The translations under genes were made by a program, and so were the position numbers. 64,000 nucleotides of DNA from Ostrea edulis (taxonomy: Eukaryota): positions 55,366,001 to 55,430,000 of the forward strand of contig NC_079172.1 in assembly GCF_947568905.1 (NCBI RefSeq), written 5' to 3'. This document shows, in pieces, positions 38,104 through 50,600 of this stretch (positions are counted from its first letter, which is position 1; every line of letters starts with the position of its first letter). The notes below the pieces were generated by a model, which ran no database searches, had not been told where the DNA came from, and was given only the letters and a program-made list of their open reading frames with translations.

Positions 38104-38797
38104 ATTCTGTTTTATCTATATAGAGGATATTAGTCAAGCGGAAACCACGGAATTACTCAATCATATAATAAAGGTGATTAGCTGATAAATAATGATATAT
38201 ATGTACATTGTATATTTAACCATGTTCCCGTTTCTTTGAATTAAGAAGTTTAAACTAAAGATAATTAGCTCATAACATTAATAAACATGTAGGAGCATTT
38301 GATGTTTGAAAACAAGAAATTATACCTTATACCCCCCCCCCCCCACCTGTTCATTCAGCATTGCTTCTAAGATTGAAACAAATCATATTGGGTTCATTGT
38401 AAATGGTCCATGTACCCGATCGTTTAAAATAAATAAATGTTATCATTCGAATGCATGTATTTCAGTTCCCAATCTAGAGCAACAGTTTGACCGCTGTCCA
38501 ATGTCGAATTTATTAAGATAAAATAAATCACACAATAGATAACTGTATCACTGTCATTTAGTAGGTCGTGGTTAGCCCGCAGTTAATGCAGGAATATTCA
38601 TCAGCCTCAGTTACTTTTCGACGACCGAGTTCAGAATGAAAGGGGGAGGGTAGATCTGAAATATTTGGTTTAATCAGAATATCGTAAAATAATTAAATAA
38701 TTGAAAAAGTTATTTAGATTACCAAAATGTTGTTAATAATAAACGCGTGCTTGATAAAAACACCGACCTTTCATTTTGACACAAAAACACAACCAAA

Positions 38798-38838
38798 TTG
38801 TCAAATTTTCGGGACGTTCTGTCCCTTCTTCAGGACAA
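38798..38838 (-). ncRNA. Minimal type I hammerhead ribozyme motif (Penelope-type)
   Basis: Minus strand reads UUGUC-CUGAAGA-A-GGGAC agaac GUCCC-GAAA-AUUU-GACAA: stem I 5 bp, stem II 5 bp, palindromic AAUU stem III. Confidence 0.6.
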
Positions 38839-38976
38839 ACGAAAAGAATTCGATAATGTGGCCAATATTAACTGAGAATAATAACAAAACAACAAAAACT
38901 ACATGTAAATACTCCCAGCACTAAAACTACACGAAACCCCGGTGTGGACCAGGGCAAGCCCTGGATCGCACATCCC

Positions 38977-40640
38977 TTAGCTGAAAAGGATCAATAGATC
39001 CTCCCGCCAGCTCTGAATCCAGGTGGAGGCCAAGGTAACTTTATGCCTCTGAATTGTCGAACTTGGGTCCTGAATGAGTCTGTCTCGAAGTCCAACTCCG
39101 CCCCTTGGGTCCACCCTGGGAACCTCGAGAAGTTCTCGAAAGATATAGTCCCAAGACACCTCCCTAACTGAGGCACTGTAACCATCTGGAACACCTTCAC
39201 CAGGTCCCACATTGAGTATAAGGCCAACAGCTGGGGCTTCAACTACGCTGATTTCCTCACCAATCTTAGTCGGCTCGAGGGGGGGGGGGGGATCTCCCCC
39301 ACCGTCCGATATGGGCTCTTTGGAATTTGACAAAGTTCCAGGGCAAGCTAAGGGGGCAAAATCAACTTTTGCTGTAAATGTGCTAAGATTAACCCCTGCC
39401 TCAGTGTGGTCCACACTGCATACATTCTTAATGACTAAGTCTGGAGCCATCACTCATGGTTCGGCCTCAAATGGTGATCCTATTACACTGCCTCCGGACA
39501 TAGACACTTCCTCATCTGAGGCGTTGACAATGCTGGTCATCACTGTGCTCTTCCTAGCATAAATGTATGGCATCAATAAGACGTTAGAGATCTGCTTGAT
39601 ATCTGGGCTGATTACAAAGTCTCCAATTCCCTATTTAAATGACAGGGTCACAGGATGACTAAGACAGCGAGGACCTGGACAGTCTTAGTCGAGGAATCTT
39701 GGGCCTCCTGTTTCTCCCCGGAACGTTTAAACGTCATGGGGACAATCTCCTCTCCCAGGGTCATGGTGCCATGCTCAATTGCAAGGTCCAAAAAAAAAAA
39801 GCCTTTTGCTGATGTAAGAACCCCACGACCAGTAGCATTTGGTCCTGTAGGGGGGCCACATAAAAATGTACATTGTGTTCCGTGTCTCCCCCGCGGACTC
39901 CCACAGGGCCAATGATAAAACCACTCATCCTGGCATTTTACCCTGCTTGCATCAAGGTCACATGCTGTTTAATGGGAGGCTTGAGGTCGAGATCCTCGTA
40001 GACCTGGGTGGATAACACACTCACCTCCACCCCATTGTCCACCACTGCCTGTAGTCGCACTACTTGGACTAACATTTCGACCATAAACCCGATGGTTAGG
40101 CGTATCTGTCCGATTGGCACAGGCGAATCTCTGCCTTGAATGCTGGTAATAATCCATCCACTTCGGTCGTCTTGGGCTGGCCATCCAGTGCATACAGTCC
40201 CGCATCCCTATCCTCAGTGCCGTAGCACAGCAGTGGGATGGCATAGACATGTACATCAGGCACAGACGGGAAAGCCTGGGCAGCCAGGGTAAGCACCCTG
40301 TCAGCCCACTGTCGCAAAGACTCGCTCAGACAGGGAGAGACTATGGTCTGTTTCCATCAGCAGGGTATAGTAGTTGCTTGCAGTCCCCTCCAATGAAAAG
40401 TAAAACTGGTCGTGTTGTTCCATTTCAGTCCACTGTTGGCTGCGGGCCAGGCGAATGAACTTGTGCAGGAAGGACTTCCAGCCAGACTTTCCATCATACC
40501 GCAAATCCTTGAATTGGGGTATGTTTCTTCCCGAGGCCAGCGACTGCTCCCCTGACCGAGGTACTGGGGGACCTGGAAGGGGGCGTGAGATACTGGAGCT
40601 AGAATGCCCAGAGAATGGTGTGTCGTTCTGTTTCACCTAA
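38977..40640 (-). mobile_element. Decayed, internally deleted Ty3/Gypsy-like internal region (gag plus aspartic protease remnants)
   Basis: gag-like YDGKSGWKSFLHKFIRLARSQQW...FSLEGTA; protease-like VRLQAVVD(N)GVEVSVLS. There are many frameshifts and no RT, RNase H or integrase was seen. Confidence 0.7.
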
Positions 40641-41099
40641 CTGAGGTGGATGTGAGCTACTCTACCCCCCCCCCTCTTCCTCCAATCTATATGCCATGGT
40701 GCCAGGGTAGGCGGTGTTTGCCCGGTCCTTCATTAAATATTTCTTTTAGTTAAACATTTTCATTTGTCCTGAGGAAGGGAGGGTCATCCTTAGGACTTAT
40801 CAAATTGTTCGTGTCGTTAGTCACATCGTTGCTTTTTAAATGTGTTTTTTTTATATTGACTTTGTATCTGCTATGTGGATCCGGCACTTTTAGCTAACGG
40901 TGGTTGTTGGATTTTAGTGCTATTTTCTATCATTATTTATCCACTTCATTACATGATCCGCCTTTATGCCAATTTTCCTGTTTGTTTTATAGTTTGTCTC
41001 AATTACCCCCCCCCCCTCCCTCCCTTTACACTTCATTTGTTTGCTACTAATTTCGTGTATGTGTCTATGTTGTTTGACTAGTATTCGTTGGTTGACTCG

Positions 41100-41520
41100 T
41101 CTTAATTTGATTTATTTAATGCTTAGTATAATGTAATTGAACGTACAACTTATCTTCTCGGCCTTGGGTGTCGACCTTGAGTTTTCAAATTGTACCATTA
41201 TTGTAGATTCTTTCTCGTAAATTCGTCTTCCAAAACAGTGTTTCAACGTGTAACTTAGTTTATTTCGTTTCGGCTTTGAATATCGACCTTGTGTTTCTAA
41301 ATCGTACCATTATTGGATCTTTTCCGTATTTCTGTCTTTTAAAACAGTAATTCAAACTTCGTTTCGGCCTTGAGTTTTGAAACCATATCATTTGTAGCGG
41401 TCAGCCGGGTTCGATCGCCGGTGACCAGATAGCTCAGTTAGTAGAGTACCTGACTAGAGATTCTGGGTCGCGGGTTCGAATCCCGGTCTGGTCCGTTGCA
41501 TTTTCTCCCTTCCCGTTACA
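41100..41520 (-). mobile_element. Probable 5' LTR of the Gypsy-like element, containing an antisense tRNA-like cassette; inner boundary unresolved
   Basis: The minus strand starts TGTAAC at 41520, upstream of gag, and a tRNA-like fold lies at 41423-41493. Confidence 0.5.
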
Positions 41521-41713
41521 CATTTATTTATTGTATTGTTCGTACCGGACGGTAGGGGATGCTCACTCTTCCCAGGCAACTGATCCCACCTCTGGTGCGC
41601 CCAGAGACTCGTGTTCGCCCGGTCCTTTCATTTATATTTCTAATAGTTAAAGGTTTTCGTTTCTCCTCAGGATGGGACGGGTTGTCCCTAGGATTTATCG
41701 TTCGTGTCGTTGG

Positions 41714-41773
41714 TTGGTTGTACATTGTTTAACGTCCCTCTCGAGAATTTTTCATAGGTATGGATCGAGACGC
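41714..41773 (-). mobile_element. 60-bp 5'-truncated SINE 3' end with a 12-bp TSD
   Basis: tcgtgtcgttgg at 41702-41713 and 41774-41785. The insert reverse-complements to ...tgaaaaattctcgag...aacaatgtacaaccaa. Confidence 0.75.
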
Positions 41774-42079
41774 TCGTGTCGTTGGTCACATCAATGCATA
41801 TGTAGGGGCAATCGTATGTATGTATGTATGTATGATAGAATACCGTGCCTGGGGTTGAACGCACAACCTGCGGAACCAAATCTCCTTTAAGTTCACTCTT
41901 ATTTTTACAGCATTTTCCTTTACATGAAAGTTCGATGCAAGATAAGCGAGATAACTCTATTTCGGACTATCGCACTAGTATGTTTTAATCGAGGTAAACA
42001 GACATTCTACAAGCCCTGTGTTCAAAACCTTCAAACTGTTCTACACATCAGCAACTATATGAGCGACCAATCTCATAAC

Positions 42080-43215
42080 TCCTATAAGCAATGCAAAATA
42101 GATAGTTCTGCAAATACGGACCCCTGGACACACCAGAGGTGGGATCAGGTGCCTAGGAGAAGTAAGCATCGGATCCCCTGTCGATCGGTCACACCCGCTG
42201 TGAGCCCTATATCTTGATCAGGTAAGGGGACTTATTCGTAGTCAAAATCAATTGCTAAGAACGCTCTAACAATAGGTATGAAACACGCCAGACAGCATTT
42301 GCTCCAATGATAGGTTGTAATGGCAAACTAGATCGTTATAACGACGACCATTTAATTTGCGAAATGCTGACCTTAAACGAGACTGTTGAAACCCCTGTAC
42401 CATCGACTTGTTTGTCAGTAGCTTGCCTCGATTTAAAAACTGACCATACGCAGAACAATCTCTTGCGTATCAAATCATTTGAGATATATCAACACCATAT
42501 GCAGGTGATAATGGAATATTGCTACATAAATATGGGAAGTTGACAATGGAGAAGTTGAAATCTGTTTGTCAGAAAGTTGAGTTGTTAGTTTGCCGTTAAA
42601 ATCTACTTTCAATAAAATATCTAAGTATGAACTAGAAGTGGACGACTCTGTGGTGTCTTTTATTTCGAGTTTACAGGGAAATATCGAATCGACATATGAA
42701 TCAGTTATTATTGTTAATAGATAAAACGTTGTCGATATATCGAAATGTCGAATTGAAGGCCACAAGAGATTTTTTCTTCTCACGTAGAAGTTTTTGAATA
42801 AATTCTGCTTCATATGAATATAAAACAGGTCAGCTAACAAAGCAGCACAATTGGTGCCCATGGGAATTCCAACAGACTGTGGGAAGACCTGATCACCAAT
42901 AACCACGAAGATAATCTCAATGAGGAACTCTAGCATATTTTTTATTTCAACTTCAGAGTGCTTGTGCATGGAATCAGAGTTGTGTTTAACAAAACAATTT
43001 TTTGGATGGCTGATCACTAGATATGAATACATGTATTCCGTTTTGCATTTTTCTTGAAGAAGCAACTGTCTATGATATCAAAAAGTCTAGTCTTTAATCT
43101 ATCGTGAGGAATGGTCGTGTAAAGTGTTGAAACGTCATACGTTTTAATATTGATTTGAGAAAAGTTTTGCGATTCTTTAGAATTTTTTAGAGTCCACATT
43201 TGATTTACATGTCTG
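42080..43215 (-). mobile_element. Decayed Penelope-like retroelement (RT plus 3' tail), same family as 35140-35945
   Basis: VNQMWTLKNSK, KTYDVSTLYTTIPHDRLK, QSVGIPMGTNCAALLAD, ELEIKDTTESSTSSSYLD. Confidence 0.88.
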
Positions 43216-43480
43216 CCCCTATATCCATCAAAACAAAATTTTTGATATTCAAGTCATGTAAAAGCAGCCCCTTCATATGCCAAACAAGTTAGGACAACAC
43301 CATTAATAAAAAAGCATTCTGAGAGTATTGTATAGCATAACATAGTCCCCTATCGGAGGCAAAAATTATTGGACCGCAACAATATTCGAAGTTCATTATG
43401 AGACTAATTTTATGGTAAAAGAGAAGATTGGGAATCCAGAATAGGAATGGTTGGAAATCAACTATTATTCGGGTACAAAG

Positions 43481-44050
43481 ACTAGACCACGAAAACTTTA
43501 AAATCGATCTGTAACTTGTTATGGCAAAGCAATCACCATGATGTACTGAATATCATATGAATATATGTAAGCACAACAACAACAACAACAAAAAGCGACG
43601 AAAACTGACAATCCATGCTATTTTCTAAGTCCAAGGGCCATAACTTAGTAAAAAATCATCGGATCAAGACGAAATTTAATCTTGATCTGTAACTTGTCAT
43701 GACAAAGCATGCACCAAATATTAATTGAATATCTGCAAGCACAGCACAAAAGTCCGGAAAACTGATAATTTATGCTATTTTCTAAGTCCAAGGGCCATGA
43801 CTAAGTGAAAAATCAACGGAATGGGATCAAATTCAAACTTGAACTGTGACTTGTTATGGCAAAGCAATGTACCAAATACCAAATGAATATCTGCAAGCAC
43901 AACAAAAAAAGTCTGGAAAACTGATAATTCATGCTATTTTTCTAAGAAAAAAGTATGGAAAACTGAACTGACGGACAGACAAACAAACGGCCGGACGGAG
44001 GGAGCGTAAAACTAAAGTCCCCTTCGATTTCGTCGGTAGGGGACTAAAAA
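43481..44050 (-). mobile_element. CvA/pearl-like HINE in reverse orientation
   Basis: Subterminal IR agtcccct...aggggact, (GGAC/AAAC)n tract, and three ~170-bp cores. Confidence 0.75.
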
Positions 44051-44059
44051 TTCCTTGAC

Positions 44060-44168
44060 ACATGATCCCACCTCTGGTATATCCAGGGGTCCGTGTTTGC
44101 CCAACTCTATTTTGTATTGCTTATAGGAGTTATGAGATTGATCACTTGTTCGTTATCTTCACCTTTCA
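44060..44168 (+). mobile_element. Solo 3' tail of the Penelope-like family
   Basis: tgatcccacctctggtatatccaggggtcc..., near-identical to 35863-35945. Confidence 0.8.
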
Positions 44169-44201
44169 TTGAAGTACAACAGTCATACAAGCAAAGAGAT
44201 T

Positions 44202-44434
44202 CCCCTGGGGATCCGGGTTAGAATAGGTCCTCAGTACCCCTTGCTTGTCGTAAGAGGTGACTAAATGGGGCGGTCTTTCGGATGAGACCGTAAAATTCGA
44301 GGTTCCTTGTCACAACAGGTGTGGCACGATAAAGATCCCTCCCTTCTCAAAGGCCATAAGCACCGAACATAGACCTAAAATTTGCAGCCCTTCACCGGCA
44401 ATGGTGACGTCTGCATATGAGTGAAAAATTCTTG
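44202..44434 (+). mobile_element. SINE-related element sharing the central and 3' domain of the 8406 SINE but with a different 5' part
   Basis: gtcacaacaggtgtggcacgataaagatccc...gcagcccttcaccggcaatggtgacgtc...atatgagtgaaaaattct. Confidence 0.8.
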
Positions 44435-44639
44435 ACAATATGAAATCAAGGAAGCAAGGATATAGGATAAATGGTAAGCCGAAATCAACATGAAAATTGG
44501 AAAGCAATGAAGAATGGAGATAATGAAGCCATAATTTACAATGGGAAGCGATTTAGGGACCTCATTCAATACCATGTATCGTGGCTTATTACTAGTCCCC
44601 TACTGGCGAAGCGCTCTGTATGTTCGTGCGTCTGACACC

Positions 44640-47600
44640 TCAGTGTTGAGAATGTCCTGTCGACATTGCAGTGTTGACAATACTCTGTCGACATCTGAGT
44701 GCTGACAATGTCCTGTCGACATTGCAGTGTTGACAATACTCTGTCGACATCTGAGTGTTGACAATACTCTGCCGACATCTGAGTGTTGACAATGTCCTCC
44801 AGACATCTGAGTGTTGACAATGTCCTGTCGACATCTGAGTGTTGATAATGTCCTGTCGAAATCTGAGTGCTGACAATATCCTGTCGACACCTGAAAGCTG
44901 ACAATACTCTCTCGACATCTGAGTGCTGACAATGTCCTGTTGACATCTGAGTGCTGACAATACTCTGTCGACATCTGGGTGTTGACAATGTCCTGCCGAC
45001 ATCTGAGTGTTGATAATGTCCTGTCGACATCTGAGTGTTGACAATGTCCTCCCCACATAATGTCCTGCCGACATCTGAGTGTTGATAATGTCCTGTCGAC
45101 ATCTGAGTGCTGACAATATCCTGTCGACATTGCAGTGTTGACAATACTCTGCCGACATCTGAGTGTTGACAATGTCCTGTCGACATCTGAGTGTTGACAA
45201 TGTCCTCCCCACATAATGTCCTGCCGACATCTGAGTATTGATAATGTCCTGTCGACATCTGAGTGCTGACAATATCCTGTCGACATTGCAGTGTTGACAA
45301 TACTCTGCCAACATCTGAGTGTTGACAATACTCTGTCGAAATCTAAGTGTTGACAATGTCCTGTCGACATCTGAGTGTTGACAATGTCCTGTTGACATCT
45401 GAGTGCTGACAATGTCCTGTCGACATCTGAGTGCTGACAATGTCCTGTTGACATCTGAGTGTTGACAATACTCTGTCGACACCTGAATGCTGACAATACT
45501 CTGTCGACATCTGAGTGCTGACAATGTCCTGTCGACATCTGAGTGTTGATAATGTCCTGTCGAAATCTGAGTGCTGACAATATCCTGTCGACACCTGAAA
45601 GCTGACAATACTCTCTCGACATCTGAGTGCTGACAATGTCCTGTTGACATCTGAGTGCTGACAATACTCTGTCGACATCTGGGTGTTGACAATGTCCTGC
45701 CGACATCTGAGTGTTGATAATGTCCTGTCGACATCTGAGTGTTGACAATGTCCTCCCCACATAATGTCCTACCGACATCTGAGTGTTGATAATGTCCTGT
45801 CGACATCTGAGTGCTGACAATATCCTGTCGACATTGCAGTGTTGACAATACTCTGCCGACATCTGAGTGTTGACAATGTCCTGTCGACATATGAGTGTTG
45901 ACAATGTCCTGTCGACATCTGAGTGTTGACAATGTCCTCCCCACATAATGTCCTGCCGACATCTGAGTATTGATAATGTCCTGTCGACATCTGAGTGCTG
46001 ACAATATCCTGTCGACATTGCAGTGTTGACAATACTCTGCCAACATCTGAGTGTTGACAATACTCTGTCGACATCTAAGTGTTGACAATGTCCTGTCGAC
46101 ATCTGAGTGTTGACAATGTCCTGTTGACATCTGAGTGCTGACAATGTCCTGTCGACATCTGAGTGCTGACAATGTCCTGTTGACATCTGAGTGTTGACAA
46201 TACTCTGTCGACACCTGAATGCTGACAATACTCTGTCGACATCTGAGTGCTGACAATGTCCTGTCGACATCTGAGTGCTGACAATGTCCTGTCGATATTG
46301 CAGTGTTGACAATACTCTGTCGACATCTGAGTGTTGACAATACTCTGTCGAAATCTGAGTGTTGACAATGTCCTGCCGACATCTGAGTGTTGACAATGTC
46401 CTGTCGACATCTGAGTGTTGATAATGTCCTGTCGACATCTGAGTGCTGACAATATCCTGTCGACATCTGAGTGCTGACATTGTCCTGTCGACATTGCAGT
46501 GTTGACAATACTGTGCCGACATTTGAGTGTTGAAAATGTCCTGCCGACATCTGAGTGTTGACAATGTCCTGTCGACATCTGAGTGCTGACAATGTCCTGT
46601 CGACATTGCAGTGCTGACAATGTCCTGTCGACATCTGAGTGCTGACAATGTCCTGTTGACATCTGAGTGCTGACAATACTCTGTCGACATCTGAGTGCTG
46701 ACAATACTCTTTCGGCATCTGAGTGCTGACAATGTCCTGTCAACATCTGAGTGCTGACAATGTCCTGTCGACATTGCAGTGTTGACAATACTCTGCCGAC
46801 ATTTGAGTGTTGACAATGTCCTGTCGACATCTGAGTGTTGACAGTGTCCTGTCAACATTTGAGTGCTGACAATGTTCTGTCAACATCTGAGTGCTGACAA
46901 TGTCCTGTTGACATCTGAGTGTTGACAATACTCTGTCGACACCTGAATGCTGACAATACTCTGTCGACATCTGAGTGCTGACAATGTCCTGTTGACATCT
47001 GAGTGCTGACAATACTCTGTCGAAATCTGGGTGTTGAGAATGTCCTGCCGACATCTGAGTGTTGACAATGTCCTGTCGACATCTGAGTGTTGACAATGTC
47101 CTACCCACATAATGTCCTGCTGACATCTGAGTGTTGATAATGTCCTGTCGATATCTGAGTGCTGACAATATCCTGTCGACATTGCAGTGTTGACAATACT
47201 CTGTCGACATCTGAGTGTTGACAATGTCCTGTCGACATCTGAGTGTTGACAATGTCCTGTCGACATCTGAGTGCTGACAATGTCCTGTCGACATCTGAGT
47301 GCTGACAATGTCCTGTTGACATCTGAGTGTTGACAATACTCTGTTGACACCTGAATGCTGACAATACTCTGTCGACATCTAAGTGCTGACAATGTCCTGT
47401 TGACATCTGAGTGTTGACAATACTCTGCCGACATCTGAGTGTTGACAATACTCTGTCGAAATCTGGGTGTTGACAATGTCCTGTCGACATCTGAGTGTTG
47501 ACCATGTCCTGTCGACATCTGAGTGCTGACCATGTCCTGTCGACATCTGAGTGCTGACAATGTCCTGTTGACATCTGAGTGCTGACAATACTCTGTCGAC

Positions 47601-50600
47601 ATCTGAGTGCTGATAATACTCTTTCGGCATCTGAGTGCTGACAATGTCCTGTCGACATCTGAGTGCTGACAATGTCCTGTCGACATTGCAGTGTTGACAA
47701 TACTCTGCCGACATCTGAGTGTTGACAATGTCCTGTCGACATCTGAGTGTTGACAATGTCCTGTCGACATCTGAGTGTTGACAGTGTCCTGTCAACATTT
47801 GAGTGCTGACAATGTTCTGTCGACATCTGAGTGCTGACAATGTCCTGTTGACATCTGAGTGTTGACAATACTCTGTCGACACCTGAATGCTGACAATACT
47901 CTGTCGACATCTGAGTGCTGACAATGTCCTGTTGACATCTGAGTGCTGACAATACTCTGTCGAAATCTGGGTGTTGACAATGTCCTGCCGACATCTGAGT
48001 GTTAACAATGTCCTGTCGACATCTGAGTGTTGAGAATGTCCTCCCCACATAATGTCCTGCCGACATCTGAGTGTTGATAATGTCCTGTCGATATCTGAGT
48101 GCTGACAATATCCTGTCGACATTGCAGTGTTGACAATACTCTGCCGACATCTGAGTGTTGACAATGTCCTGTCGACATCTGAGTGCTGACAATGTCCTGT
48201 TGACATCTGAGTGTTGACAATACTCTATTGACACCTGAATGCTGACAATACTCTATCGACATCTGAGTGCTGACAATGTACTGTCGACATCTGAGTGCTG
48301 ACAATGTCCTGTTGACATCTGAGTGTTGACAATACTCTGCCGACATCTGAGTGTTGACAATACTCTGTCGAAATCTGGGTGTTGATAATGTCGTGTCGAC
48401 ATCTGAGTGTTGACAATGTCCTGTCGACATCTGAGTGTTGACAATGTCCTCCCCACATAATGTCCTGCTGACATCTGAGTGTTGATAATTTCCTGTCGAC
48501 ATCTGAGTGTTGACAATGTCCTCCCCACATAATGTCCTGCCGACATCTGAGTGTTGATAATGTCCTGTCGACATCTGAGTGCTGACAATGTCCTGTTGAT
48601 ATCTGAGTGTTGACAATACTCTGTCGACACCTGAATGCTGACAATACTCTGTCGACATCTGAGTGCTGACAATGTCCTGTTGACATTTGAGTGCGGACAA
48701 TACTCTGTCGACACCTGAATGCTGACAATACTCTGTCGACATCTGAGTGCTGACAATGTCCTGTTGACATCTGAGTGCTGACAATACTCTGACGAAATCT
48801 TGGTGTTGACAATGTCCTGCCGACATCTGAGTGTTGACAACGTCCTGTCGACATCTGAGTGTTGACAATGTCCTCCCCACATAATGTCCTGCCGACATCT
48901 GAGTGTTGATAATGTACGTCCTGTCAACATCTGAGTGCTGACAATATCCTGTCGACATTGCAGTGTTGACAATAGTCTGCTGACATCTGAGTGTTGACAA
49001 TACTCTGTCGAAATCTGAGTGTTGACAATGTCCTGTCGACATCTGAGTGTTGACAATACTCTGTCGAAATCTGAGTGTTGAAAATGTCCTGCCGACATCT
49101 GAGTGTTGACAATGTCCTGCCGACATCTGAGTGTTGATAATGTTCTGTCGACACCTGAATGCTGACAATACTCTGTCGACATCTGAGTGCTGACAATGTC
49201 CTGTCGACATCTGAGTGCTGACAATGTCCTGTTGACATTGCAGTGTTGACAATACTCTGCCGACATCTGAGTGTTGACAAGACTCTGTCGACATCTGAGT
49301 GCTGACAATGTCCTGTTGACATCTGAGTGTTGACAATACTCTGTCGACACCTGAATGCAGACAATACTCTGTCGACATCTGAGTGCTGACAATGTCCTGA
49401 TGACATCTGAGTGCTGACAATACTCTTTCGAAATCTGGGTGTTGACAATGTCCTGCCGACATATGAGTGTTGACAATGTCCTCCCCACATAATGTCCTGC
49501 CGACATCTGAGTATTGATAATGTCCTGTCGACATCTGAGTGCTGACAATATCCTGTCGACATTGCAGTGTTGACAATACTCTGCTGACATCTGAGTGTTG
49601 ACAATACTCTGTCGAAATCTGAGTGTTGACAATGTCCTGTCGACATCTGAGTGTTGACAATGTACTCCCCACATAATGTCCTGCCGACATCTGAGTATTG
49701 ATAATATCCTGTTGACATCTGAGTGCTGACAATATCCTGTCGACATTGCAGTGTTGACAATACTCTGCTGACATCTGAGTGTTGACAATACTCTGTCGAA
49801 ATCTGAGTGTTGACAATGTCCAGTCGACATCTGAGTGTTGACAATGTCCTGTCGACATCTGAGTGCTGACAATGTCCTGTCGACATCTGAGTGCTGACAA
49901 TACCCTGTTGACATCTGAGTGTTGACAATACTCTGTCGACACCTGAATGATGACAATACTCTGTCGACATCTGAGTGCTGACAATGTCCTGTCGACATCT
50001 GAGTGCTGACAATGTCCTGTCGATATTGCAGTGTTGACAATACTCTGCCGACATCTGAGTGTTGACAATACTCTGTCGAAATCTGAGTGTTGACAATGTC
50101 CTGCTGACATCTGAGTGTTGACAATGTCCTGTCGACATCTGAGTGTTGACAATGTCCTGTCGACATCTGAGTGCTGACAATGTCCTGTCGACATCTGAGT
50201 GCTGACAATGTCCTGTTGACATCTGAATGCTGACAACACTCTGTCGAAATCTGGGTGTTGAGAATGTCCTGCCGACATCTGAGTGTTGACAATGTCCTGT
50301 CGACATCTGAGTGTTGACAATGTCCTACCCACATAATGTCCTGCCGACATCTGAGTGTTGATAATGTCCTGTCGATATCTGAGTGCTGACAATATCCTGT
50401 CGACATTGCAGTGTTGACAATACTCTGCCGACATCTGAGTGTTGACAATGTCCTGTCGACATCTGAGTGTTGACAATGTCCTGTCGACATCTGAGTGCTG
50501 ACAATGTCCTGTCGACATCTGAGTGCTGACAATGTCCTGTTGACATCTGAGTGTTGACAATACTCTGTCGACACCTGAATGATGACAATACTCTGTCGAC

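Noticed and set aside
37754-38104. 116-aa ORF with KTRTGGFNVLVSAL repeats
   Set aside because: It coincides exactly with a 42-bp minisatellite, starts at TTG, and has no supporting splice or homology evidence.
41423-41494. Functional tRNA-Ser(AGA) gene
   Set aside because: The anticodon stem is broken, there is no long variable arm as expected for Ser, and there is no nearby poly-T terminator. It is treated as element-borne.
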